Assembly: GCA_021819205.1 (NCBI GenBank)
Contig: JAKARV010000009.1
Location: 2,880-66,879 of the forward strand
Reading direction: 5' to 3'
Length of the DNA: 64,000 nucleotides
Origin: Actinomycetes bacterium
Lineage (GTDB): Bacteria; Actinomycetota; Acidimicrobiia; Acidimicrobiales; Acidimicrobiaceae
In this document: one piece after another, positions 20,445 through 27,669 of the stretch
How positions within the stretch are numbered: position 1 is the first letter of the stretch
Layout of the letters: the number at the start of each line of letters is the position of its first letter
Notes under the pieces: model-generated
Told to the model about the DNA's origin: nothing
Database searches by the model: none
What the model saw: the letters and a program-made list of their open reading frames with translations, nothing else
Position numbers and translations under genes: made by a program

Positions 20445-21833
20445 ATGGTGAAGATTGACGGCGGCTGGGATCTACCGAGTTTTTGGTTGGCAGAACTTGC
20501 CCCATTTGCACGACGTCCTCCGCTGAAAAGTTCCCAAACCGTCGATGTGGCGATTGTCGGCGCTGGGTTGAGCGGTCTGTGGACCGCATTTTATTTGACC
20601 ACCATAGATCCCGGGTTGAAAGTCGCCGTGGTGGAGAGGGAGACGGCGGGTTACGGGGCAAGCGGGCGAAACGGCGGTTGGGTGTCTTCGCTTTTTCCGG
20701 TTGGGTGGGAAAAACTGAACCGCCAGTTTGGCAAGGACGCGTCACAGCGCCTTTCGAAGGAATTGGTGGAGACATTGAACGAGGTGGAGAGCCGAGTCGC
20801 CGAACTGGGGATTGACTGCGACTTCACCAGGGCCGGCGCCATCTCGTTTATGCGCAACGAGGCTCAAGTCAAGCGGGGCGTTTTTGAAGTAGCCGAAGCA
20901 GAGAACCTCCGCCTCGGAGCCAAGTGGAGTTTGCTCAATGCCGCGGAATCCGATGCCCTTCTTTGCGCCTCGTTAGTTCATGGAGCCACGTTCACTCCAG
21001 ATTGTGCGACGGTACAACCGGCAAGGCTCGTGCGGGGATTGGCGGATGCAGTAGAAGCAAGGGGAGTTGCAATCTATGAAAATTCCCCGGTAAACGGAGT
21101 TGAGAACGGCTCGGTATATGTAGGGTCAACACGGTTGGCTGCGTCAAAGGTGGTAGTGGCTACCGAGGGGTATACGGCTGGTATCGATCAGTGGAAAAAA
21201 ACCTTGCTTCCCCTGTATTCGATGATGATAGTTACGGAACCGTTGAGCGATAGCCAGTACGAGGCGATAGGTTCCCCGGCGGAGGGGTTGTGTTTTGCCG
21301 ATCACCGCAACTTGGTCATTTATGGGCAGATCACCCGGGACAGGCGCGTTGCTTTTGGCGGCCGGGGCGCTCCTTACCACTTCGGCTCCAGGGTGATGCG
21401 AAGTTTCGATACCCATGGTCCGACCCGCAACGGTTTGGAAGATACCCTGTACGACCTGTTTCCGGCGTTGGAAGGGATCCGGATCGTTCGCCATTGGGGC
21501 GGACCACTCGGCGTCTCCAGGGACTGGCTTCCCCGAGTCTCCAAAGATAGCCGCGGGTCGATCTGGAGGATCGGGGGATACGCCGGCGATGGGGTGGCTG
21601 CGAGCAATCTTTGCGGCCGGGTTGCCGCAAATGAGGTTTTGGGGGTTCCTGACGAGAGCATGGCGCGAAGGGTGTTTTCTACTCCTCCCCGCGATTGGGA
21701 GCCAGAGCCACTCCGCTGGGCGGGTGTCAACCTTGGACTCGGACTTACGCGGGTTGTGGATGCTCTCGAGGATCGCGGGGCTGGAACTGGTTGGCTTGAT
21801 AGGTTGCGAAGGAAACTTATTGGGCAAGGTTGA
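20445..21833 (+). CDS. FAD-dependent (DAO-family) amine oxidoreductase, paralog of 16482-17891
   Basis: 462 aa. Motifs VAIVGAGLSGL and GASGRNGG; same overall architecture as the ORF at 16482. Confidence 0.8.
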   Translation: MVKIDGGWDLPSFWLAELAPFARRPPLKSSQTVDVAIVGAGLSGLWTAFYLTTIDPGLKVAVVERETAGYGASGRNGGWVSSLFPVGWEKLNRQFGKDASQRLSKELVETLNEVESRVAELGIDCDFTRAGAISFMRNEAQVKRGVFEVAEAENLRLGAKWSLLNAAESDALLCASLVHGATFTPDCATVQPARLVRGLADAVEARGVAIYENSPVNGVENGSVYVGSTRLAASKVVVATEGYTAGIDQWKKTLLPLYSMMIVTEPLSDSQYEAIGSPAEGLCFADHRNLVIYGQITRDRRVAFGGRGAPYHFGSRVMRSFDTHGPTRNGLEDTLYDLFPALEGIRIVRHWGGPLGVSRDWLPRVSKDSRGSIWRIGGYAGDGVAASNLCGRVAANEVLGVPDESMARRVFSTPPRDWEPEPLRWAGVNLGLGLTRVVDALEDRGAGTGWLDRLRRKLIGQG

Positions 21834-22106
21834 ACCGTCAGGATGACGCATCGAGGAGGGGTTGGGCTATGGCGTTTGCGACCGTGATCAACCGCCGCGC
21901 CGGTTGGAGGGGTCTGCGCCGGGGTTTCGCGGTTTGGCCAGCTTGCTCGATTGCTGCGGGGAATGAGAGGTCGCATGTTCAATGAGTGGCGGAAGTCATT
22001 GAACCTTGAAGGCGCCTGGCTTTCGGTCTGGAGGGCGTCTTGGGTTCGAGCGCAGTTTGAGCGATAGCAGGGACCGTGACCGGCGGGGCGCTTTGGCGAG
22101 CGGGGC

Positions 22107-22301
22107 TCAAGAGAGTGTGAGCGCTCGTGCCGGGCAGGCCTTCGTCGCCCGCTTGGCCTCCCTAAGGGTGTTTTCGTCGATCTCTTCGCTAATGATTATC
22201 GGGTAGCCCCAGCGGTCGAGCGTGATGCAGGAGGGCGCCATCAGTGCGCAGATTCCGTGCCCATTGCAGGCGATGCGATCCAAAGCGAGCCGGGTGTGCA
22301 T
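22107..22301 (-). CDS. Small single-cluster ferredoxin (CxxHxxC...CP type)
   Basis: 64 aa. CNGHGIC ... ACP pattern, as in actinobacterial 3Fe-4S/4Fe-4S ferredoxins. Starts 2 nt after the NuoF-like stop. Confidence 0.75.
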   Translation of the reverse strand: MHTRLALDRIACNGHGICALMAPSCITLDRWGYPIIISEEIDENTLREAKRATKACPARALTLS

Positions 22302-22302
22302 C

Positions 22303-23550
22303 TTAAACCTTGAAGACCGGCTGGGGGCCCTTGGCAGAGCACTTGCGGTTTCGATGCAGATGAACCTCCTCGCTGAACGTGGCGATCGCAGAGTTGAGCA
22401 TCGCGGTGGCCGCGTCGGGATGGCTGCACCCTCCTCTGCCGGCGATCTCGCGGATGAGGCGGATCACCGACCGTTCGGCCCTCCGTGATGGTCGTGTTCC
22501 CAACGCAGCTGGCAGCTTTGCCTGGAGCGCTGGCAGTCCAAACTGGCATGGACCGCACTGCTTTGCGCTTTGGGAGGCGAGGAAGCCAAACAGCCGCTGC
22601 GCTTCGTTTAGGCCGCAGGCGCCCTCAGGGACGACTCCGACCAGGCCGCAGCCGAGGGATCCATTCTCCTCGGCGCCCAGAAGCTCGAAGGGAGGCACGA
22701 ACCGGCCACCGTACCCTCCTATCAAATAGGCAAGTGGTTCCGCGGTTGCGCCACCGGCGGCCTCCAGCACCTCCATTGTCGGAGAGGGGTGGAGCAGCTC
22801 GACTACGGTCCCGGGCGAAAAGACTCCCCCCGAGAGCGTGAGCAGGCGGGAGCCGGGGGAGTTTGGGGTACCAAGAGATCTGAAGGCGGCGCTTCCGATG
22901 CGGGCGATGCTCGCCATCTGGGCAAGGGTCTCCACGTTGAAGACGACGGTCGGCGCTCCATTCACGCCGGTGTCGATCGGTCGCGAGAAGGTAGGGAGGG
23001 CGATTTGGTTGTTGAGGAAGTTTACCGCCGCGCTGGACTCGCCGGAGACGTAGCCATTTGGGGCGATTGCAATTTCGATGCTGACATCCTGTTGGCGAAG
23101 CTGAGAGAGTGCCCGCTGGAGCGAGGCGTGGACGTGCCGGTAGTCGTGAATGTAAAAATAGATTTTGCTCGCCGAGACGGCCTTTGCCGCAAGCCACGCC
23201 CCCTCGATGATTAGAAAAGGGCGATGGAGCATGAGCGCTTTGTCTTTGAGGCTGGCCGGCTCGCTCTCCGACCCGTTGGCCACCACTACCGCGTGTCGAC
23301 CTCGAGCCCTTGCGGCCGCGATCTTGAGGTGGGCGGGGAAGCCCGCCCCGCCTCGTCCGGTAAGGCCGGCGCTACGGACACGGTCTACAATCTCGTCCGC
23401 GGAAAGATCGGGGAGGAGTCCATAGAGCTCTCGGTGCGCCTGGAGATCCCAAAGGTAGGCTTGGCCGTTCCTTAGGAGCGATAGCTCGGACACCTCTGAA
23501 CTCGAGTCGGCTCCGGCGAAGGTGGCTGCCTGTCCAACGCCGGTGCTCAT
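22303..23550 (-). CDS. NuoF-like NADH/FMN-binding iron-sulfur protein (complex-I 51-kDa-subunit-like, stand-alone)
   Basis: GLTGRGGAGFPAHLKI and VVANGSESEPASLKDKALM match the NuoF FMN/NADH site; the C-terminal Cys motif is KQCGPC...GGCSHP. The Met at 23550 overlaps the upstream stop (ATGA). The 572-aa ORF in the track is an N-terminal over-extension. Confidence 0.75.
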   Translation of the reverse strand: MSTGVGQAATFAGADSSSEVSELSLLRNGQAYLWDLQAHRELYGLLPDLSADEIVDRVRSAGLTGRGGAGFPAHLKIAAARARGRHAVVVANGSESEPASLKDKALMLHRPFLIIEGAWLAAKAVSASKIYFYIHDYRHVHASLQRALSQLRQQDVSIEIAIAPNGYVSGESSAAVNFLNNQIALPTFSRPIDTGVNGAPTVVFNVETLAQMASIARIGSAAFRSLGTPNSPGSRLLTLSGGVFSPGTVVELLHPSPTMEVLEAAGGATAEPLAYLIGGYGGRFVPPFELLGAEENGSLGCGLVGVVPEGACGLNEAQRLFGFLASQSAKQCGPCQFGLPALQAKLPAALGTRPSRRAERSVIRLIREIAGRGGCSHPDAATAMLNSAIATFSEEVHLHRNRKCSAKGPQPVFKV

Positions 23551-24206
23551 GCGCTTCTTACCTCCCGAACCCTGGAGGCAAAAAGGCCACACAAAACCGT
23601 CTCCACCAAGATGACCAGGTAGAGCGGTAGCAGCTCTGGCGTGTCGGTGCCGGCGGTCACGCCATGGATCCAGGCCGCGAGGAACATGACTATAGCCAAC
23701 CGGTGAATCGAGAGCCAGCTCGGCCCCACCAACAAGCCAGAGAGGGCCGCCGAACCTCCAACGGCGAGTCCTAGGTAGAGAGCGGCAGTTCCAATAGCGA
23801 CAGCGAGCGGACGGTAGGTGGCCGAGAACGGGACGATGATCCCGATAAACCCCACTCCGGCGTACTTGTCGATCGCCAGGGTGAGTAGGTGGACCACCAG
23901 GAACGAGCCGCCGATCGCCGCGAGGATGCGGTGCAGCCGCAAGAGCGTTAGCTGGCTTATCCCGGCCCGGTAGAGCGGGATCTTGCCTCTGGCCGCAAAG
24001 CCCAGGTTGGTGAGGACCCAAAGTATGAGCAGAGTGGCGATTCCAAAAATCCGCCCAAGTTCCCAGGGGAGGAACTTCAATGGCAATGCCCCGATCACCA
24101 TTCGCTCGAAAACGTAGCCGAAGGCCGCCGCCGTCACCAGTGCGGAGGCGGCTGCAACGGTGGCCGGCCTGGGCTCTCGTGCCGGCTGGCTCAGCTCGCT
24201 AGCCAC
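23547..24206 (-). CDS. Stand-alone ferric-reductase-domain (FRD / MsrQ-YedZ-like) di-heme membrane protein
   Basis: 219 aa, about 6 TM helices. Two intramembrane His pairs have NOX/FRE-type spacing: HRILAAIGGSFLVVH (H-x13-H) and HRLAIVMFLAAWIH (H-x12-H). Confidence 0.65.
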   Translation of the reverse strand: MASELSQPAREPRPATVAAASALVTAAAFGYVFERMVIGALPLKFLPWELGRIFGIATLLILWVLTNLGFAARGKIPLYRAGISQLTLLRLHRILAAIGGSFLVVHLLTLAIDKYAGVGFIGIIVPFSATYRPLAVAIGTAALYLGLAVGGSAALSGLLVGPSWLSIHRLAIVMFLAAWIHGVTAGTDTPELLPLYLVILVETVLCGLFASRVREVRSA

Positions 24207-25117
24207 CTCAACTGGTCCTGCATCTGTGTGGAAAAGCGATAGCTCCCATCATCGAACACCCAGAAGGCCGCGACATTCTCCTCCTCGGCAATCTCGTTGA
24301 TCCGGTTTTGGCCGCTTAGAAACAAGGTCTTGGAGAGTACTTCGGCGCGTGCGGGGTCAGAATGTAGCACGGTCACCGAGAGAAGGCCTTCGCCTCCCGG
24401 AAGGCCGGTCGCCGGGTCGATGAGGTGGTGCACCGGGACTCCGCCTCGGCGCCAGCTGCGAAGTCGGATTGACGAAGTGGCGCAGCCGGCATCGTGGACC
24501 GCGACAATTGCAATGTGGCCGGTCCCGTTTGGATTTTCAATTCCGATCAGCCACTCGTCGGCGTCGGCTGGAGCTCCCTTTGCGTAGCAGTCTCCTCCGG
24601 CTTCGATCAGGAACGCCGACGAGTAGGTTCCGAGAGTTGTCGCTGCATCCCGTACCGCAAGCCCCTTCCCGATTCCGCCGAGATCGATTGGGTGGGATCC
24701 GACTTTAACGGACAAACTCCTGGCGTCGAACTCCGGGCTCCAAGTTGGAAGTGGATTGCGGCGATCGGGCACCATTGCGCCCTCCTCGTCGCCGACCTGG
24801 GAGAAGGTTTCAGCGTAGCCCAACCGGCACAGGTCTTCGAAAACCCGCGGATCAAAGATCTTCTGAGTCTCCAGATAACCTTCGTAAGCCTCTTTGATCG
24901 CGGTGAAGGTCAGTCGTGATACCCGATGCATGTGGGAAGGATCGTGGTTGATCTCCGAAAGTTCGCTGCTCTCTTTGAAGCGCGAGAGTGTGGCCTCGTA
25001 GCGCCTGAAGACCGATACCACTTCTGCTCCTTGCCACTCCTCGGTATCGCTTTCACTTGCATCTGCAATCAGGATGCTGATGTTCGAAGCCATCGCCTTG
25101 GTCTGGATCTTGATCAT
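24191..25117 (-). CDS. apbE: FAD:protein FMN transferase (ApbE family), no recognisable signal peptide or lipobox
   Basis: 308 aa. ApbE motifs DLGGIGKG, EAGGD and ATSSIRLR...VHHLIDPATGLP. The N-terminus MIKIQTKAMASNISILIADASESD is not signal-like. Confidence 0.85.
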   Translation of the reverse strand: MIKIQTKAMASNISILIADASESDTEEWQGAEVVSVFRRYEATLSRFKESSELSEINHDPSHMHRVSRLTFTAIKEAYEGYLETQKIFDPRVFEDLCRLGYAETFSQVGDEEGAMVPDRRNPLPTWSPEFDARSLSVKVGSHPIDLGGIGKGLAVRDAATTLGTYSSAFLIEAGGDCYAKGAPADADEWLIGIENPNGTGHIAIVAVHDAGCATSSIRLRSWRRGGVPVHHLIDPATGLPGGEGLLSVTVLHSDPARAEVLSKTLFLSGQNRINEIAEEENVAAFWVFDDGSYRFSTQMQDQLRWLAS

Positions 25118-25121
25118 CGGC

Positions 25122-25457
25122 CTACCCGAGTCCAGAAGCGCCGGTCGTGGCGTGGGCCGCGGGAGTGTTCACTGGGGGAAGGTTCGGCAGCGAGAAGTTG
25201 AGAGCGGATTTGCCTGCTTGGGGCGAGAGACTTTGGATGCTTGAGATTGCTCGAAGGTCCTGTTCAAGAAGGCGTTGGAGCTGGGAGACCTGAAGTTGCT
25301 GGGAGATGAGTGCGGCCTTGCGAATAGCAGCTGCGCGCTCCCGCTGAACCTGTGCCATCTGGGACTTTACCGGCCCCGCGGCAACTGCCACGCTTGCCGC
25401 AGCTGTTGCCGCAGCAAGCGTGGTGGGAACCCAGCGGATTAACGTTCCCAGTGACAT
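25122..25457 (-). CDS. Membrane-anchored coiled-coil protein with C-terminal ATTGASG tail (hypothetical)
   Basis: 111 aa from the Met at 25457, with AGGGAGG 7 nt upstream. One N-terminal hydrophobic helix, a Q/L-rich heptad-like segment, and the ending ...PAAHATTGASGLG. Confidence 0.5.
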   Translation of the reverse strand: MSLGTLIRWVPTTLAAATAAASVAVAAGPVKSQMAQVQRERAAAIRKAALISQQLQVSQLQRLLEQDLRAISSIQSLSPQAGKSALNFSLPNLPPVNTPAAHATTGASGLG

Positions 25458-25482
25458 AAATCTGCCTCCCTTCGCAGGGCCT

Positions 25483-26064
25483 TTAGTTGTCGCTGCTGGA
25501 GGATGAGCCGCCGTTGTCGCCGCTGCCCTGCTGCTGCCCATCTCCTGAGTGAGAGTCGGTGCTGGAAGTGCCGGAGGCGCCGGTGGTAGCGCTCACCGGC
25601 GGGGTAATGGTGTTGCTCGGTGTCGCCGCCAGGGCCTGCGCCTCCTGCTCCAACTGCGTCTGCTCTGCTGCAAGCTTCTGCGCCTCAAGCTGCAGGTTCG
25701 CCTCCTGCTGCTGGACGGTGGTGTTAGTGCTGGCGATCTTGGCGTTCTCCTGCGCCATCACCCCCTTCAGGCGCCCCTCCGCCGCGGCGATCTCGGCGTG
25801 GAGGCGTGCCTCTTGGGATTTGAGCGACCCTACGGACCCCGTTGCCGGAGTTGCCGGAGTTGCCGGGGTTGCCGGGGTTGCCGGGGTTGCCGGGGTTGCC
25901 GGAGTTGCCGGAGTTGCCGGAGTTGCCGGGGTAACCGCGATCTGGGAAGGTGGAGTTGTTGTGGCGGAGGTACTTGCCGTTACGTTCACTGCAGCCGCGG
26001 TTCCACCCGCCACCACGCCGCCAGCAGCCAGAAGTTTGATCAGCCACTGTATCTTTCCGGTCAT
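25483..26064 (-). CDS. Membrane-anchored/secreted protein: (PAT)x10 linker + coiled coil + ATTGASG-containing Ser/Gly-rich tail (hypothetical)
   Basis: 193 aa with AAGGAGAGG upstream of the ATG. N-terminal hydrophobic helix, 10 PAT repeats, Q/E/A-rich coiled coil, then ...PPVSATTGASGTSSTD.... Confidence 0.55.
   Translation of the reverse strand: MTGKIQWLIKLLAAGGVVAGGTAAAVNVTASTSATTTPPSQIAVTPATPATPATPATPATPATPATPATPATPATGSVGSLKSQEARLHAEIAAAEGRLKGVMAQENAKIASTNTTVQQQEANLQLEAQKLAAEQTQLEQEAQALAATPSNTITPPVSATTGASGTSSTDSHSGDGQQQGSGDNGGSSSSSDN
25841..25930. repeat. Tandem 9-bp repeat (gttgccggr) x10 encoding (Pro-Ala-Thr)10
   Basis: Ten consecutive in-frame units counted directly, with only the third-position a/g varying. 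Confidence 0.95.
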
Positions 26065-26319
26065 CGACCTCTCCTTTCGGTTGGATTTCGATGAATACAG
26101 CTTCGATGTCCAAGTTGAACTAAACCTAAGCTGACTATGAGAAAACTCTAATCTGGCATAAATTAGATCACGGATAGTGGCGAAATGTGCTCGCAGGTTG
26201 GGTGCAGGTTGAGGTATTTAGAAAAATTCCTCGATAAAGGCCGCGCACAAAACAAATTGAAAATCATTAAACGCTATAGAAAACTATGGTAGGGTCTAAG
26301 AATAGCCAAGGAGGGCAGA
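26065..26319. promoter_or_regulatory. AT-rich divergent control region between the redox/coiled-coil operon and the T4SS-like operon
   Basis: 255 bp, visibly less GC-rich than its surroundings. Both flanking genes have strong SD sequences. It contains a direct repeat CTAT(G)AGAAAACT at 26135-26147 and 26274-26285. Confidence 0.45.
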
Positions 26320-26607
26320 ATGACATGGATGTCACTAGATGTAAGCTTGACCCCCGATCCGAGCGCGTTGCCTGGCGGATCGATTTTGCAGCAGCTGGCA
26401 GACGGCATCGGAGGTTGGGCGCTGATTCTTGCGTTGGTCGGGCTGGTAGTTGGCGCGGCAACCTGGGCGCTGGGCGCTCACTCGCAGAACTACCAGCAGT
26501 CGTATCTGGGACGCAGGGCGGTACTGGTCTCGGTTGCGGCGGCGCTAATCATCGGGGCTGCTCCAGCGATCATAAACTTCTTTTTTCATCTGGGCCTTGG
26601 CGCGTAA
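26320..26607 (+). CDS. Small two-TM pilin-like membrane protein (resembles actinobacterial DUF6112 / VirB2-analog proteins)
   Basis: 95 aa with AAGGAGG SD. Pattern PDPSALPGG...(TM)...WALGAHSQN...GRRAVLVS...(TM)...INFFF matches my recollection of the DUF6112 family found at the head of actinobacterial T4SS clusters. Confidence 0.6.
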   Translation: MTWMSLDVSLTPDPSALPGGSILQQLADGIGGWALILALVGLVVGAATWALGAHSQNYQQSYLGRRAVLVSVAAALIIGAAPAIINFFFHLGLGA

Positions 26608-26610
26608 CGG

Positions 26611-27669
26611 GTGTTGAACAGCCTCTTCGGGATACCCCTGGCGGCCCTTGGGCGGGCACTCGTCTCGGTGGCCGCTGCTGCGGCGGGATCGTTTTTGACC
26701 CGCACAACCGTGGAGCTTGCCTCCTGGTTATTGAGGGAGATCACCCAAATTCTGCTAGCCCCGGGAGGACTGAACCTTGGTGCTGGATTTTTTGCACGCG
26801 CCTACTTGGGTTCCGCCAAGCTTGCGGCAGAACTCGCCCTTCCCGCGCTGTTGCTGGCGGTGGTGGCCACCATTCGCAAAGGATCACTCGCGGGCCTAAC
26901 CGAAATCCTGCTCAGGGTCCCGGTCGCGTTCCTCGTGATCGGTATTGCACCTGCGGTCGTGGAGCTGTTGGCGCGAGTCGTGGACGCCGCGGCAGGTACC
27001 GGCCTGGTGGGCATCTCTGCGCTCCCGCGGTTAGCTGACCTACTCCAGGCTGGAATCGGCAACCCGATGCTGGGCCCGGTCGTTGGAACGTTTCTAGCGG
27101 CCATCGCCCTGGCCGGGGCGGTGCTGATCTACGTCGAGTTGATCGGGAGGGACGCTGCACTTTACCTATGCCTGTCGATGCTACCCCTCACTGCTATCGG
27201 GATAATTTGGCCAGCCCTGAGGCACTGGTTTTCGAAGACGCTCAAGCTGATCGCCGGTCTGCTGTTGACCAAACTCGTGCTTGCGGCGGCGGTGGGACTC
27301 GGTGCGGGCGCTATTGCCGGCGCTGGGGGTGGTACCGCCGCCGAAGCCGCCGCCGGAGCTGCCCTGATCATCGCCGGGGCGTTTGCGCCGCCGGTTGTCT
27401 TTAGGGTTGTCGGCTTTTCGGAGCTTGCTCTCGTCGAGCTCTCCGGCTCGATCGCCAAGGTAGCTGCCTCCCGTACCGCGGGCGGCGCGCAGCGGGCGAT
27501 CTCGGGAGCGATGGCACTCCCCGAATGGATGGAGGTCTCCCGCCTCTCCTCGCAGCCGTCGCGGCTTCCCTGGTACTCGGGGTATCCGCCCCCATCTGAG
27601 CTGGCAGAGCGGGCGAAGAGCGATCCTTGGATGCACGAGTTTCTTTACCGGGGGCGGAAGCGGGGATGA
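26611..27669 (+). CDS. Polytopic membrane protein, VirB6/TrbL-like
   Basis: 352 aa with at least 6 hydrophobic helices and a Gly/Ala-rich segment. The GTG start lies 3 nt after the upstream stop. Its position in the cluster matches TrbL/VirB6. Confidence 0.5.
   Translation: MLNSLFGIPLAALGRALVSVAAAAAGSFLTRTTVELASWLLREITQILLAPGGLNLGAGFFARAYLGSAKLAAELALPALLLAVVATIRKGSLAGLTEILLRVPVAFLVIGIAPAVVELLARVVDAAAGTGLVGISALPRLADLLQAGIGNPMLGPVVGTFLAAIALAGAVLIYVELIGRDAALYLCLSMLPLTAIGIIWPALRHWFSKTLKLIAGLLLTKLVLAAAVGLGAGAIAGAGGGTAAEAAAGAALIIAGAFAPPVVFRVVGFSELALVELSGSIAKVAASRTAGGAQRAISGAMALPEWMEVSRLSSQPSRLPWYSGYPPPSELAERAKSDPWMHEFLYRGRKRG

Noticed and set aside
23551-24021. N-terminal 157-aa extension of the NuoF-like ORF (572-aa version in the track)
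   Set aside because: The extension overlaps the FRD membrane-protein gene in another frame and is Arg/Pro-rich. The conserved NuoF-like sequence starts at the Met at 23550, which forms an ATGA junction with the upstream gene.
25841-25930. Possible CRISPR array or minisatellite
   Set aside because: The repeat unit is 9 bp with no spacers and is in-frame coding for PAT. It is a protein-linker repeat, not a CRISPR array.
26229-26237. Sigma-28 (FliA)-type promoter upstream of the T4SS/flg operon (cctcgataa resembles GCCGATAA)
   Set aside because: No TAAA -35 element lies at the required ~15-nt spacing, so only the CGATAA core matches. That is insufficient to call a promoter.
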